DNA of 64,000 bases from Klebsormidium nitens. Its lineage: Eukaryota; Plantae; Klebsormidiophyceae. Of the stretch, positions 60,099-64,000 are shown piece by piece. The notes beneath the pieces are model-generated. The model saw nothing but the letters and a program-made list of their open reading frames with translations. It ran no database searches and had not been told where the DNA came from. Each line of letters opens with the position of its first letter. Position 1 is the stretch's first letter. The stretch is from the NCBI GenBank assembly GCA_000708835.1, contig DF237062.1, forward strand, positions 128,095 to 192,094, in the 5' to 3' direction. The translations under genes were made by a program, and so were the position numbers.

Positions 60099-63010
60099 CT
60101 ATTCTTCGGTTTCAAGATAGTCAAATTCTTCCGGGATGCCGATCTGCAAGAAAGCGACGCCGATTCAGTCGTTCGAGTCAACTGATCTTCAGGATCTTCA
60201 AGTCCAAGTGATAAATTTAGCCTTCCTCCGTCCGCAGAACGTGAAAGACACCGCAGTACAGGACGACACGAGAATTCGAGGAGGTGCGCGGTCTGTTTGA
60301 TGATCGGTGCTTCGGTTGGGAACAGAGAGAGACACCGGTGTCTTCGTTGACAGTATCAGCGTCACACAATCGAGACAACCAATCAGCGAGTATCAAACAT
60401 GTGCTCAGCTTATCGACTTACCTCTTTGTACAGGCCGGCCAGCGCCTCCCTCATATGTTCGAAGTTGTTCGCGCACCAGCTTTGTAAGGAGAAGATGTTA
60501 TCTGCAAAGCAGCACAAAAGAATCTTGCCAAAGAAAGCGGCTTGCTTTTCTGGACTGCCCGCATCCGTTCCTGAAGAAATCCGTGCAACATCAAGCAGAG
60601 AGCCTCTCCTTCTCTGAATCCCAGCGTAAATTCGTTTTGGTTCTGAAATCTGGAACCATGAGATAAATATCGTTGTACTGAACATGTTCGTCGTAGGGAA
60701 AGCCTGGACGTTTAGAAAGTTTGCCTGAGGTTCCCTATTGGTGCCTATCTTTGTCCAGGCGATGGCCACGTTGAAGATGTGACTCGGTCTGCTTTTATTT
60801 GGATCCTTTGGTTGGATTCGTTCCTATTCTCTTCGTTCTCCCATTCTCCTTTTATCTCCTTTTCACGCGAAATCAAGATTCCTCATGTTTTTTATTAAAC
60901 CCACCTGTCCAACGGTTGGCAGCATCCCGCATCACTTTCGAGGCGCTTTCTGCACAAACGGCTGCGTGAGTGCTGAGAAAGAAATGCCGAACGAAAGTCA
61001 CAAAACGCAGCAGCAACAGCAGCCCGGAACAATTCCGCGTCTCTGCTGCCTCTGGAATAGGATTCATGGAGAGGAGCACAACCAGGTTCGACGTCTCTGT
61101 GGTATGGTAAGAGGGAGCACGGAAAATTGCCAAGGGTTCCCTTACTCATTGCCTCCAATGCTGCTGGATCATTATCTGCAAACCGGGCAAGTTCGTCCTG
61201 CACAAAAAACGGGGCGGTTTCGAACTGGTCAGAACAACAATCGACACAAAACCGTAGGTGCATCAGAGAGCTTTTATCACAGGGACTACTAAGGTCTTCG
61301 ACATCATTCTTCTTCGGCACACCTCAGATCAGTTAAGTCTAGACCAACAGCTTGCATGTAGCATACAGTACCACTCGACGACCCACCTTCAGAGCTTTGC
61401 TTTTGGCCTCTGCTTCCTTGAGCTGCTTCAATGCTTGCTCCCGTCCACTCTGCAGAGTGAAGATACAACTGTTCAGTGAGAGTTCCAGATGCGAAGATCA
61501 TTTCTGGCTTCGTCGAACGCAACTCGCATGAGGCCTGCTTGCAACTTACAAGATTCCTGCTTGCGAAGTACCAGCAGAGGAGCTTTTAGGACAAGGAACG
61601 AGAAGAGTCACTGTGCAAAACAAAAGCAAGAGCTTGGATAGTCAACTCAAGCAGCATTCTAAAGGATGCCTCACTGAGTTTTCTCGGCCTCTGGTGCTTT
61701 CTTCCTTCCTGGTTTCCAATTCGAGTCGTCTCTTCTTGGCTCTCTCTAGCTTGGATTCGAGGGCACTTCGTGTTTGACTCAGCTGCACAAAAGGTGGACA
61801 TAAATAAGAATCTGTAAGTCCGTCCGCATTATTCAGTTGAGCATATCCAAATTATAGATGGGAAGAAGAAACAGTCTGAATTGAAAGCTTTTTAGATTCT
61901 CGACTTAAAGGCAGCACTGGAAGAGGTTTTGAAGACCCTGTGGTAGTTTTAAGATGATAAAATTCAATCAGAAACATTATTGGACGATTCATGCACAATG
62001 CACTCTTCATTGTCCTTCCAACGGCTGTCTTTTGCACCCCTGATTCGTCCCAACAGACGTCTACTCGAGAAATGAGACTGAATTTGCTACCACCAGGCTA
62101 CGACGAGACCGTATTGAGTGGCATCTTTCCGAATCCAAATGTCCCCACCCATCCTTGGATCATGACGGGAGCAGCAGAAATATGCCATGGACTTGAGTTC
62201 ACAAAGTCTTCTGAAGGTCCTTATTTCGACGCAGATTGATCAGGAGAGTCCTGAATTACCTGATTCACAGCTCGAGAAGGAAGGCTCCAAAAGTAGACAG
62301 ATGTTCCGATCTTGTCCTACAAGGGATGCGGCAATTTGCGTCAGCAAGCAGCTCGTCCAAGGGTGGTTGGACACCGCACTCGGCTGCATTCCTTCAAACA
62401 TGCCATTGGTTCCAAAACTCGTTCAGCCAAACTGATTTCTGGTGCTGATTGCGGATCCATGACATCCGCTACATTTCCGTCATTGCAGCACTTTGTCTTG
62501 CTCCTGACAACCTCCAACAAATTATAGGGGCTCACCTTGAAAACGAGGTCATCATCAACCAGACTTTGCAAAACCTGTGCCACAACAAGGTCATGGCGCT
62601 GATTGTCAATCGGTGAAACAATCAATTGCAGATTGCAGTGTGATTCTTGTCTTCAGAAACTGCATTTCTCAAGTCCTCAAAAGTGCAGAATTGAGCACGA
62701 AGCAGGAACTTCACTTTGACATACAATTCCAATGTAACAGCGGGGCAGAGATTGAAGGACTCCAACTTTCGATGAAACTCACAAATTTGTCATAATCTCA
62801 AAGTCATGAACGTATCAAGCATAAGCATAATGGGGAGCAATTCGATGTTCAGGTAATGACACTCACGTCTTTTATGCTCTGACTGATTACGCCCTTCGTT
62901 GGTCCCTGCTTTTCAAGCTCTTTCAGGAGAAAGAAGTCCTGAGAGTCATAGAAGATCTGAAGCATTGCAGTTCGCTTTTCTTCCAATGACATGCCTCGCT
63001 TCTTTGACAT
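60099..63010 (-). CDS. MND1: Meiotic nuclear division protein 1 (Mnd1, partner of Hop2)
   Basis: Nine phase-consistent exons: 63010-62867, 62574-62536, 62316-62260, 61782-61675, 61449-61387, 61197-61146, 60949-60905, 60501-60422, 60143-60099 (210 aa). Translation includes [76 protein letters not shown] and GIPEEFDYL. Confidence 0.95.
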
Positions 63011-64000
63011 GTTGCCAGCACCTGGTATATGGAAAAAGTCTTCGAATTATCTAATCCAAGCCAAGCTCCCAGAGATGCTTTCTTGTCTCCTTATCAGACC
63101 TGGTGACTCTCACTGTCAGTCTGTAAAAGTTTAAATCTCTTCCAAGCACAATGTGCAGCAGGCCGAAAAACTCAGCTGCAACTACTACGTTCGTCTTTGT
63201 GAAGACAGGTGAACAGGAGCAGGATTGTTTCAGATTTTATGATACATTGACTACTTCCCCGTCCGGATTGGATCACTCTATGTTGCTACACCAGCTGCAT
63301 CTTCCAAGCTGGCGGAAGAAAAGTGGAGCTTTCCTACTTAGGCCGACAGCTCTGTTAAAGCTCTGCTTCCTTTCCAGGATACTTATAGGTAGACCGACAC
63401 ACATGAAGGGTTACTGCACAGCCACTCGTCTTCTTGCTGGACCAGCTCAGCTAGAACTGGAAGAAGCTCAGCATCTCAATTCTTACACTATACTGAGGTC
63501 TGAAAGTTTGATGTATGATTATCTAGACCTGGGTGGATCTTTTTCTCTGCTGATTGCTTTTTCCAATTGCTTCCTCCCGAGTCCTGATAGTATTATACCT
63601 AGTGATTGCTTCCTCCTCTTTGCTGAATTCTGATCAAACTTTTGCACTGACCTTCTGAAGCTGCTCTCTACGTGAGCTCCGACTCTGAAAATGCCCGGGA
63701 AATTTGAATCTTGCAAGGTCAACCCCCAGAACCGGTAGAAAGACGTTTGCCGTCCGGTTCACTGTCGGAAAATCTCCTGTATAGACTGAAGTCTGCAGAG
63801 CAACTCGGTAAAGCGCCGGCGGTGATAACGCCTCAGTCGGTCAAGCGCACCTAACCCCTACCGGCCCAAGCCGGGCCCGTGCTGAAGCTGGCTTTTAACA
63901 CTAGGACCGTAGCTAAGTGTGACCATATGGTAACGCTTATCTTTTTCAGATGTTACGGAAAAACCCTATGAAGATACTGGATATAACTGCTCACATTACT

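Noticed and set aside
63151-63633. 160-aa plus-strand ORF
   Set aside because: It lies antisense to the probable 5'UTR/intron region of MND1, with atypical composition and no domain.

Overview
Eukaryotic, intron-rich genomic DNA from the green-plant lineage. The gene style suggests a streptophyte alga such as Klebsormidium, but that identity is inference. Gene models were built by hand from GT/AG sites and reading-phase consistency. In order they are: the 3' end of a Cof-type HAD hydrolase (+); a ~980-aa unknown protein with six CCHC zinc fingers (-); an unknown coiled-coil protein with a GC-AG intron (+); VPS54 (-, 17 exons, one apparent 1-bp frameshift); organellar RsfS/iojap (+); an intronless F-box/LRR gene frameshifted inside the F-box (-); plastid-type release factor 3 (prfC, +, 11 exons); a cluster of small terminal-inverted-repeat elements (43.2-45.6 kb); a small secreted EGF-domain protein (+); a PARP/ART-like gene fragment (-); a 656-N gap; an IRX7/FRA8-like GT47 glycosyltransferase (+); and MND1 (-). 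The most unusual signal is that introns of four genes contain tandem, decaying copies of their own exon-intron junctions. These form arrays of decoy splice sites, several with the GT/AG specifically mutated, and most repeat at a ~150-165 bp period.
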